A DNA stretch of 64,000 nt from Octopus sinensis (taxonomy: Eukaryota). The notes below the pieces were generated by a model. That model was given only the letters and a program-made list of their open reading frames with translations. It did not search any database and was not told the origin of the DNA. Position 1 is the stretch's first letter; each line of letters starts with the position of its first letter. The stretch is taken from NCBI RefSeq assembly GCF_006345805.1, contig NC_043015.1, positions 36,642,001 through 36,706,000 of the forward strand. Direction: 5' to 3'. Positions 11,669-22,722 of this stretch are shown here, piece after piece. A program made the translations under genes and the position numbers.

Positions 11669-14600
11669 CACACGTGTGTAAATGTATATAGATGTTAGTG
11701 TATATGGGTAAATGTCCTTTCTGCAGGTTTGATGCTGTAAGTACACTTGCTGCAAATATAATGATAGTATTTAATTGGGGTTTGCAGCAGAAAGCATTAT
11801 TTTATATTGACATGGCACTGTTTGTGACATGACCTTTTTTTTCACCATTTCTGGAAGCATTCTTCGAAACATTTCTTAATGAGATCTGTCAATCTTTAGC
11901 TTACGGTTCTTTAGTTATTTGTAACCGTTTAGAAATTGCGATATTTTTACTCACCTAAGGAAGACACAAACCCATATATTGCCATATCTGGACACCTGTG
12001 AATGCTGAGCGAATCTATAGAATTATCAGAATACATTTCCAGCCTAAAATCACTGAAATCTGTAAAGAAATATTGAAGAATGAAGAAAATAATGAGATAC
12101 AAATTTGTTGGTATAATTGGCTGCAGTTCAGAAAGAATAGAAAGAAAATATGAAAAATATATACAAAAATATGAAATTGATGGTTGGACCCTAAAAGGGC
12201 ATGGGGGGGATAAATTAGAGTTAATTGGATTGTGTGTTGGGTTTGGTAATGTGTAGGCTGTGTCTCTATATAACTCCACAACAGGAGTTTAATTAATTGT
12301 TACAAGCTAATAGGACTCACATGAAATGAATGTTCTGGGGGCAACGTCTAACAAGAAGATAGCCTATGCTAAATCACTACGCCTTCCAGAAATAGCAGCG
12401 AAAAATCAACTAACAAACCTGTCTTTTCTTTGTAAAGAGGCATTGGATAAAATAATGCTTGATGACTTGTAAATAGGACGGCATAGTCCAGCGCAGAACG
12501 GATCTAATTCGAGGTCACTTTGCGAATAGGTTTGTCTGCTTAATACCGGCCTGTGGCTACACAATATAGACAACAGCAACAGCCTAAGCTTGTGGACCCA
12601 AATTGGAGGAGATCCTAAAGAAATTCCCTAGAAATATGTTTCCCCCAAATTACACACAACCGTGGCTGTGTTTTGAAAAAATTGTCTTGCAACACATTTT
12701 TCCCTTTCAGTGTCACTGCATGGCAAATTTGGCAGCCATTTTCTACTCTAGCCTCGGAACAACGGAAGATTTTCAACGGATATGTTAGACGAAAACCGAA
12801 AGAAGCTTGTCGTGTGTGTGCGTGTATACACTTGTGTATGTGTATGTATAGACGTGTGTATGTATGTGTGTGTTTTTGTGTTTATGTGTGTGTGAGCGTG
12901 TGTGTATACACTTGTGTATGTGTGTATACACGTGTGTGTGTGTGTATGTGTTTGTGTCTGTGTGTCTTTGTTTATTCCCCACCACCGCTTGACGACCGGT
13001 GTTGACCAACGGTTTTGTCCCATCGTCAAATTCTCTACCTGCCATCAATCAATGAAAGTCAATGTAATCAATGTGACACAAAACCAATTTGCATTCCTAC
13101 ATGTTTTACCGTCGAATGCAGCGCCTCTGTTTAGTGATGGAGTGAATGATGATTACATTCTCCTGCAAAGAAATAATCTCTAATGAACGAATGCCGTGGA
13201 ACATTTCCAGCACAGCCCTTCCTCTCATAATCATCTCGTGCAAGGAACACATCCATATCAATGAAAGAATCTCACAATATGCAACGCAATTTAACCGATG
13301 CATCTGCAACGTCAACGAAGCCCGAGAAATAAAATATTTTTCAGTCAAATGTTAAGTGCACCACTCAAGACCTCTTTGAAGGGCCTCCAAGTTAATTGGA
13401 TGGGAGAAGCGACACCACTAAAGGCACGGATGCTGCACAATCATTGCAGCATGCATAAAACCCACCAACATCTTGACCATGGTAGGATATGGAATCACAT
13501 TTCAAGACACAAAAAAAGCCACAAATAATTATCTCCGATATTCTTACACTTCCTCAATTCGCGGGCCTTCACTTGATACGTTTTGATCCTTTGTCAAAGG
13601 ATTTTCTTGGCTCTCTCACACATACACACACGAACCAGAGACAACCCCATGTCCCCCTACATGGCCTTGCTATTTGCTTTTGAGCCAAATTAAATAACTA
13701 ACTAACTAAACCCCTCCCCAATATCGACACATTCCTATATGTATAATCGAGAAGGGGGACTGGAAGACATGGCGTGTTACCTAAATATATGGTCTCGGTT
13801 TCTTAGTTTCACGCACCATTCCTATCTCTGACGTGGCTTCATTTGTCTTGTAACTGAGCATATAAACTTAGGGACTTTATACGTTGTCGCAAAACATAAT
13901 TACGGAACAACGTTTTCCGTGTTTCTATTTATAAAAGTGCAGATCGATGAGATATATCAGGAAAGAGCAGTCACCCGAGCTATAACGTGACAGTACAGGC
14001 AGCTACTCTGTGTCGACAAAGTATACCCATGCAATATCCCTTATCAACTAATAAACACAGAATATGATGAACCAAACCATGTGTTAAAAGATCTTACAAG
14101 CGAGATTCCAGAAGAAGAAAAAAATACATAAAATATACGCCACCAAAGACCAGACGGGCAAAATATGAGAGAAAATAGCTTACATACAACATTTAGCAGC
14201 AAAGCAGAAATAGATAAGACCTGAAATCAAAATCTAGACATACAATGCCCTTACATTAAAGATTAGGCTGAAACGATAAAAAAGCAAAAAATAATATGTG
14301 TGAGTGAAAGACTAGAGGTAGAGTAAATTGCATCAGAAAAATAAATAATGAATTAATTTTAAGCTTCTGACACCATTATTTATATGTAGCTCAATCGGTA
14401 TGTCCACCCTTTATAAATAATGTATGTTTATTATTGTGTAATGATGAAAAGAAATATAGTTTCTCTAACGAGTGTCAAATGAAAGCTCAATGTCTGTGGC
14501 GAGACATTAATCGTGATCGAATAGTGTGAACAGATGAGTAAATGAATTCTAATTTATGCATCAAATACACAAATTTCTGTTGCGTAAAAGTGATTTATAA

Positions 14601-14690
14601 TGTATACATACCTATATGTATATATTCATAGAAAGATATATACATATTTATGTATGTAGGTGGTTGTGTGTGTATACGATTTATGCTTTA

Positions 14691-14745
<55 letters not shown>

Positions 14746-14757
14746 TATATATATATA

Positions 14758-14902
14758 AAGGGGGAGAGTTCACGAAAAAAAACAAAAGATGAAGACAAGT
14801 GGTGTACAAAACAAACAGGAATAGAAAATGTCTTTTACGTTTCGAGCCTACGCTCTTCTACAGAAAGGGGCACAGAAAAAACAAGGAGAGAAAAAAATGT
14901 GT
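14758..14902 (-). mobile_element. Penelope-like terminal fragment abutting (TA)n
   Basis: About 145-bp unique cassette next to the 14695-14757 (TA)n tract; contains a minimal hammerhead of the type known from PLE termini. Confidence 0.65.
14832..14867 (-). ncRNA. Minimal type I hammerhead ribozyme, variant core
   Basis: Minus strand: cttt CTGTAGA a GAGC gtag GCTC GAAA cg TA aaag. Stem I 4 bp, stem II 4 bp with tetraloop, palindromic ACGT stem III, GUA cleavage triplet. The core reads CUGUAGA rather than CUGANGA. Confidence 0.7.
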
Positions 14903-15404
14903 GCATATATATATATGCTAACATATTTATTCATTGTAATCTACCTGCATATATCTAACTGCACGTACTCACAACTACGTAGTACGTATAACTTCTCTCT
15001 TTCTCACACACAAGTACACACATACAGACGTGCGCGTGCGTGAGTGGGTTTTCTGGCATCTTGCATAGGAAGGTAGATGCAATTTCATGACTGTTTTTGA
15101 GGTGCTTCTGTTTTGGATTTTCTGTGTGATTTTTAATATAGATTAATCGCGAGACGAGGCAGTATCCCCGATTCGTTACAGGGCTTTTGCTACTAATACT
15201 CAGGATGGAAGAATATATCTTCAAACCAGAAACCTTGCTTGGCTACATGCAACAGAATGGTTCTCCCTTAAAGGCATTTGAGGTTGAAGATGGTAGTGGT
15301 GGTACAATAGGTCACACACTGGCATCAAACAGCGCGCTAAGTAGAGTTGAAACTATTACCAAATCAACCAAAAGAAATATGGCAAGGCATCCATCGTGGT
15401 TTGG

Positions 15405-15475
15405 TGCATTTTTATTGACCCCGTATGGAAAAAAAAAAAAACTTGACCTCGATCGGATTTGAACTCAGCATTTTG
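15405..15475 (-). mobile_element. SINE family B fragment
   Basis: ttattgacccc...ttgacctcgatcggatttgaactcag. Confidence 0.65.
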
Positions 15476-15497
15476 TATCAAAGCAAATTCCCTGACG

Positions 15498-15731
15498 AGG
15501 CGGCAAGCTGGCAGAAACGTTAGCACACCGGGCGAAATGCTTAGCGGTAATTCATCCGCCGTTACTTTCTGAGTCCAAATTCCACCGCGGTCGACTTTGC
15601 CTTTCATCCTTTCGGGGTCGATAAATTAAGTATCAGTTACGCACTGGGGTCGATATAACCGACTTAATCCGTTTGTCTGTCCTTGTTTGCCCCTCCTTGT
15701 GTAGCCCCTTGTGGATAGTAAAGAAATAGGT
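15498..15731 (+). mobile_element. SINE family B, well preserved copy
   Basis: AGGCGGCAAGCTGGCAGAAACGTTAGCAC head, CTGAGTCCAAATTCC B-box region, GGTCGACTTTGCCTTTCATCCTTTCGGGGTCGATAAATTAAG body, GTAAAGAAATAGG tail. Confidence 0.95.
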
Positions 15732-16192
15732 AGATATTTAAGCTCATTAATTGTGCGTTTATTCGTGCGCGTGAAACAGTGTATGTTTGAAGTTTCGTAT
15801 GAGGATTGGTCCACGTGACAAAGTGTGTTGTGTGTGTGTTTGTGTGTGTGTGTGTGTAAGTGTGCGTGCGTGCGTGTGTGCGCGCGTGTGTGTGTGTGTG
15901 TGTGTGTGTGTCACGTGAGTGTCTCTCTCATACAATTTAGAAATGTTTGTGTTCGCTGAACCAAAATTCTTCGGAGGACGTTTAATTGAAGTTCTAAAAG
16001 AGTCGTAAACGTATTTGTGGGGGGGGGATAACAAGGATGAGGAAGATGGTGTTACTGCTGATGCTGACGGTGGTGACGAAGACGCTGCTGCTGCTGCTGA
16101 TGATGATGATGGTGTTGATGACGATGATGATGATGAACATCATGGAGATGGTGATTAACTCTTTCCAAAATCGTTTATTAATTTCAATGACT

Positions 16193-16213
16193 GAAGAAGT
16201 GTTTTCTATAAAG

Positions 16214-16255
<42 letters not shown>

Positions 16256-16377
16256 TATATATATATATACATTTATGTGTGTGTATGAGCGAGTGTATGT
16301 GTGTGCGTGTGTGTTGTTGAATGTGTATGTATATTGACATGGAAAATATAAATATATATATATATTGTATATATATG

Positions 16378-16411
<34 letters not shown>

Positions 16412-16557
16412 TATATATATATATATATATATGCAATATATATATTCCGTGTCAAAATACATACATACACACACATCAAGACACACACGCACACACATAC
16501 ACACATACATAAATATATATATGTATATATGTGTGTCTTAAAAGAAAACACATCTTC
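16193..16557. repeat. Degenerate inverted duplication centred on a (TA)n tract
   Basis: Unique anchors mirror each other: ttgacatggaa (16334) vs ttccgtgtcaa (16445), and tgttttctataaagac (16200) vs gtcttaaaagaaaaca (16535). Confidence 0.8.
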
Positions 16558-17290
16558 TGTTTAGAAAACAAACACACACATATATATATATATACTTAGA
16601 TTTGTATGTATATGTATATGCATATAAATATATATAAATAATATATATATAAATAATATATGTATATATGCGTATTTCATATATACGTGTGTGGGTGAGT
16701 GTGTCATTTTATGGACATGTACATCTGAATGTGAGTACACACGGAGACTCTGTCACACATATACACGCATACAAACTCTTACACTATACGAATGCTAATA
16801 TGTGTATGCCCGTATATTTGTCATTATATCTGCATCTACAAATACCGTATATCATACTGTATAACTCCGGCTCCGACGCCATTTTTCCAAGTGATGCAGT
16901 AATTACAGTAAATGATAATTCGTCATGTTATAATTATGACAAGTCTTAACTCAGTAAGAACACAAATCAAACAATACTTGCTTAATTGACAGCTAATTAT
17001 AACACTGGCAATATATTCTAATGGAAGGTTACTTAAATTTTGCTGCTACGGCTTCATATAAGTGAATAACGATTGACAACCAAATCTCTGTTGTTGCGGT
17101 GATGCCCAGTTTCTCATTGTAGAAAGTAGTTCCTCGGGATTTCTGAGTTCGCTTTCCACGGGCTTCGGTAATTGTAAACGTTGGAATAATATTTCCCCAA
17201 TTTCGACCATTTATATGTGTGTGTGTTTGTGTGCGTGTGTTTATGTGTGTGTGTGTGTGTGTGTGTCTGTATGTGTATGTATGTGTGTAT

Positions 17291-17434
17291 GCAGGCGCTT
17301 GCTTCCCAACTATGGCATTACGAGTTCAGTCCCAGGCCATCGTGTCGCCTTATGCATGTCTTTTGTGATAGCACTAAGGTAACCATATGCGTTTGAGCGG
17401 ATTCGGTAGACTAAAACTGAAAGAAACCCGTCGT
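17291..17434 (+). mobile_element. SINE family A, 5' half
   Basis: cttgcttcccaac...gagttcagtccc...ggtagactaaaactgaaagaaacccgtcgt. Confidence 0.8.
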
Positions 17435-17494
17435 GTGTTTGTATACATACATATATACATTAAAGTACATACGTGATGTATATATAATCATATT

Positions 17495-17891
17495 CTTTTT
17501 TTTCTTTTATCCTTTTACTTGTTTCAGTCATTTAATGCGGCCATGCTGGAGCACTGCTTTTCTTGTCGAGCAAATCGTCCTCAGGACTTACGCATTGTAA
17601 GCCTAGTACATGTTCTATATGTTCCGTTTGACGAACCGCGAAGTTACCGGAACGTAAAGACACCACACCGGTTGTGAAATGATGGAGGAGGACAAACATA
17701 CACACCCACACACATATGTGTGTACGACGGATTTCTTTCAGTTTCTGTCAACCAAATCCACTCACAATGCTTTGGTCGGACCGACGCTATAGTAGAAGAC
17801 TATTTGCGTAATGTGCCATGTAGTGGGATTGAACCCTGATGCATGTGCTTGGGAAACAATCTTCTTACTCCATAGCCACTCCTGCGCCTAT
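17495..17891 (-). mobile_element. SINE family A, near full length
   Basis: Collinear with 933-1368 from ttttacttgtttcagtcat to ccactcctgcgcctat. Confidence 0.9.
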
Positions 17892-19894
17892 ACATACATA
17901 TACATATCTGTGTGTACATGTGTGTGTATTTCTCATTGTGTATATGTGCGTATATCAGTAAGAATGTACATATGCGCACAATATTTTGTACCTCACAACT
18001 TAAGCAAGACCTCAATGATCAGCGACATCTACCTAGAATGAAATTTATCTTCAGAAAATTTGAGGGTTGACTGGAAACCATTCTGGCAGGTATTGATGCT
18101 GGGATAGTTTTAAGTGACTTGTCTTGCACGAAACACTCTATATGTTTTCTGGACGAAGGGTCCCGTTGTTTTTTCCACGAGAAAGATAAATTTACCATTT
18201 GATTAGAAAGGTCTTCAAATCCTGAGATTTCTGTATCAGAGATCACATTACATAGGAAAACTGTAGTGGAAGACATTTTTAATGTGAACAGACAATTCTT
18301 TCTATCGAGTAACGCCTTGCAAACGATTCGAGTAGCATATTTTTATGCAACGAAAGATCTCTATATGCAGAAACTATAAGAGATAAGAGCCAGCTTATTT
18401 ATAGGCACAAGGGGAGACGTGAGCATATTTGCTTGTCTGCAGCTCATTCCACTCAAGTATTTCATAAAGATCCACATTCAGTCATAATCTTGTAGTTCTT
18501 CCGAGGCCTGCCTATTTTCCCTATGAAACGAACCGATCGTCTTACAGTATGGAACGATGAATGATAAAACCAAACATGTCCGCCTGTCATTTTATATTAA
18601 TAGGACTTTCAAACTTATCCTAATTATGTCGTCTTAAAACACTTCTCTCGCAAATTCAGGTTGATATTCCACAGACGAAAGAAGACACTAACCATGCATA
18701 ATTGAAATAATTATCTGTTAGCTCCATTGATTATATTTATTACTTTCCGTTTCATATCACACAGTAGATGCATCCAAATTAAAATATACACTTCTACCAG
18801 ATTGCAGAAAAGCATTTTAATATTTTTAACCAGAATTTTCCAGAAAATTGCTTTCGTTGTTTAAATCATAAAATACAATTTGGTACTTTTTATTTTCATT
18901 TCAGATTTTTTCCTTTTTCTCACTATTACATTCATAAAATGTAGTTGCCGCAATTCAGAGTTTGTCTGCCAAAAGACATTTGCTGGTTTACATTCTAATT
19001 TAAGTCATTTCCAAAATAACGAATTCGTTAAACGTTAGCACCTTTCATCGCTTCATCGTGATGGGTAAAAAATTTTAATCAAGAAAGAAAATATGATGTT
19101 AACGAACGAAGTCCAACCAAAAATGTGTTGACTAAACGCAACACTTTGGTTTGTGTGAGTGAAAAGGCAAAGGGATAATCTTGCGCTAACAGGACGATTC
19201 CATGGCACAATCAACGTTTATTATTGAAATAATGAGCAAAGGAACCGCAAGATTCGTACTCTAAAGTCAATAAACTTCACTTAACTTGCCATTTATCGTG
19301 AATTTTGTATTTGTAAGTGGAACTATCCACACGGGAAATTTCCAAAGAATCAAACTGCTTAGAAATGTTGTGGAATTAAAGAATTTGTCATCTGAAATCT
19401 GTGAACTAGTTTCTGGTAAAAAAACAATCAATAAAAATTATGTTTTCTGGCGCCAAACCACAGAGAGGAATACGAACTGAATCATGAATAGAGATTGAAC
19501 AAAAATTGCCAAAAACTTAATCAAAACAAAAAGGTGAATCTATGTGAATGAAACTACTTTGATATAAATGTTACGAAACAACAGAAAATGTTTGTGTAAT
19601 GAAACCTATTTCATTGCGTTACATCGATATAAATGTCTTGGTGTGTCCCATTCTTTGTTGACCATGGTCAAAGAACAAGTTTAAATCTTTATCAACCTTG
19701 GATTTCTATCTCATTCTGTTAATTATATATATATATATATATATATGAATGCTAATATATGACCTACGTTGGACTCCTCGCTCGGATTATCACCGAAGCT
19801 GGAACTTGACTATAGTCTGTCCATAGCACTTACTCAACATTACCTGACACTTTTGGGTATTTTTGAGACCAGTACCTCACATAATCTATCTATG

Positions 19895-19945
<51 letters not shown>

Positions 19946-19958
19946 ATATCTATCTATC

Positions 19959-19991
<33 letters not shown>

Positions 19992-20257
19992 TATATATAC
20001 AAGGCCTTGTTTTCAGTGTCGTTGTCTCAAATTCAAAGTTTTTTTCGACTCGGGGTTACAGTTGTAATCCCTTGCCTCAACTACCATACAGTTGGAGCGA
20101 ATCCCGAATTGTATGGTTGGGAAGCAAAACTCTTGTCACACACCCACGACTAAAACCTTAATAAAAAACGTCATAACATTTATGTATATTTGAGTATATT
20201 GCTAAAAATAACATCTACTGTTAGCAGATTGTTTAGTAAATCCAAATATACATATGC

Positions 20258-20296
<39 letters not shown>

Positions 20297-21284
20297 CGCA
20301 CACACACATATCTATGTATGTATGTATGTATGTATATATGATTGTATGACTCTGCAATGCTTCAAAGCACGTTTGTTGATTTAGTAAACTGAATATCGAA
20401 TCAAGCGTTACCAGAGATTTCGACATTGATAGAATTATTAGAGATTTCGCAGAGAAAGATTCCAGAGAATCCCATTATATTATCTGATTAGCTTCATCGA
20501 TGCCTCGTATGAAACACGGATGTGTTTGTTGATTCTGGTCCACAATGGAAAAGTAAAAATAAAAGGAAAAAACATTTACAAAAATATCTCAATGGTCATA
20601 ATTTGTTATCCTGAGTTTAGTTATCTTGTTTAATTATAATTGAACATGATGGCTAATCTCATGATAACTCCACATGACCATTCATACATTCACAGTTCAG
20701 GGCTTTCCTAATCAGACAACAAAAGAGGTCTTCTCTGTTTATAATTCTTTCCACTCATGTTTTTGTTTTCGGAAATGGACAGAAATCCTGCGATGTTAAA
20801 ATCTCATCTCATTCAATTGTCTTTATCAAAGTAAATAAATAAATACAAATAAAACACTAAATATTTCATACAAAATTACGTTCTTCAAATCATAAATTAT
20901 CTAAAGTTTTTTACACTTCCTCCGATGTGCAGAAGTCGTCTTGTTTCAACTTGAGAAAGTTCTTCGTCTAATCCTCTCCACATGTGTATGGAATATAGCT
21001 CCATTATTCACCTCACCAACACCCTACTACTGTCATACAACTCCCGCATTCTTCTTCTTCCACACCGAACACAATGCTGTTGACTGGATGTTTGGTTTTT
21101 ATAACTCTCGGTACATTTCCCCGAATTGCACTGTCCTCAGATTAACATCCAATCACTCTAAAATCCTACTGGTTTGTTTGAATCTAGTGGATTTAACAGT
21201 TACGTAGCAACACTTTCTCTGAACTTCCATAGATGATAACTACAAGAAATTAGTTTGGCAGTTTCAAATCCGCTTGCTGTCAAC

Positions 21285-21333
<49 letters not shown>

Positions 21334-21369
21334 ATATATTATATATATATTATATATATATATATATAT

Positions 21370-21566
21370 TGCCCTACCACCACTTGACAACTGGTATTGG
21401 CGTGTTTTCATTCCCGTATCCTCGATGTTCGGTAAAATAAACCGATGGAATTAGTCTCAGAGTTTCAAAAGGGGCAAAGATACAATTAAGATCGATTTAT
21501 TCGGCTATAACTCATGAATACGACTCCCTAGCATGGTTTGAGCCTAGTAACTCAAAAGAGTAAAAG

Positions 21567-21570
<4 letters not shown>
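21370..21570 (+). mobile_element. SINE family A, degenerate 3' half
   Basis: accacttgacaactggtattggcgtgtttt...gttcggtaaaataaaccgat...agagtaaaaga, directly after a TG/TA microsatellite. Confidence 0.7.
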
Positions 21571-21612
<42 letters not shown>

Positions 21613-21827
21613 CAATAAAAAAGGGTAGAATAGATTAATTAGTAATTAATTCGACCAAGCAGTGTTCGGTATGTAAAATGACCATTTACAGTGGAGAATA
21701 CTAGATCTCATTTGTATTTTTGGATTCGCTGGTACTGGTGGTCTGGCATGGTTTGTCCGGTGTTACATATATCGGACGGGTATGTTTGATTCTTAGTACT
21801 TTCAAATCTAAATCAGAAGAAATCTCT

Positions 21828-21882
21828 GAGCTGATGAAGGAAATGTTGGCGTTTAATCAACTAATCCAGAAACAGGCTTCTC
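21828..21882 (+). ncRNA. Decayed hammerhead-like motif
   Basis: gag CTGATGA a gga aat gttgg...tcaac taa tcc a GAAA caggc tt ctc. Stem II is well formed, stem I is 3 bp and stem III is damaged. Confidence 0.4.
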
Positions 21883-22073
21883 CTCGGGTATCTCGTATGG
21901 ATGTGATCTTTCGTTGTTTTTCCCTTATACCTATGTGAGTTATTTCTGAGTATGCATTGTCTGGGAGACTTTTTCTTGCAGTAGAAGAAATAGCCAAATT
22001 TTCGGCTGCTATTTCTAACAAGCTCGGTGTGTGGTAAAGTAAATTATTTTACTTTACCTATTTTTATAAAGTA

Positions 22074-22124
<51 letters not shown>

Positions 22125-22680
22125 TCACACACGAACCCAGAGTGTATTTATTCCAGTTACTCTGTATCGTAGTGATACTTCCACAACTTCTCTATACGTA
22201 TGTCTTTATCTCTGTCTCTTTCCTAAGAATAAATATCAAACTAATTTCTTGTTGTCATCATCTATGGAAGTTCAGAGAATGCGTTGCTATGTAACTGTTG
22301 ACAGTATATAAATAAACTTCAATACTGTGTACGGACAGATTTACAGACCACCTCACTTTGTCTTATATAAACAGACGCTGCTAAATTCACATGCTACTTA
22401 TATAATCTATACCGCATTTCTCCGAGAGTTGCGTTGTTTGGAACTACTGTTCGTCCGAATCGATCTATTGGTCGATGCGTTTCCGACGGCGAAATGGCCA
22501 ATCGTGAATTATGGAAGTGTCAATTGACTTGCTGCAGAATAAATATAAACGTAAAATTTCCTTTCGAAGAATCTTCTTCCTTATGGTCTCGCTGGCGTTT
22601 ACAATATCATTCACCTGTAAATGTTGGCATACGTTATGCGCGTTCATACATACATACACACACGAATACAAATGTGTCGA

Positions 22681-22722
<42 letters not shown>

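Noticed and set aside
11727-11736. Plus-strand 10-nt microexon-like ctgcag/GTTTGATGCT/gtaagt
   Set aside because: Not a multiple of 3 and no partner exons; such signals occur by chance on both strands here.
11945-12280. Purine-rich stretch giving QICWYNWLQFR, vaguely zinc-knuckle-like
   Set aside because: Lacks the required Cys/His residues; insufficient to call LINE ORF1.
13930-13960. TATAAAAG with TCAG about 29 nt downstream
   Set aside because: Promoter-like spacing only; expected by chance in AT-rich DNA and no downstream gene is evident.
15187-15462. 91-aa ORF MLLILRMEEYIFKPETLLG...
   Set aside because: It runs into an antisense SINE fragment; no homology recognised and no convincing donor.
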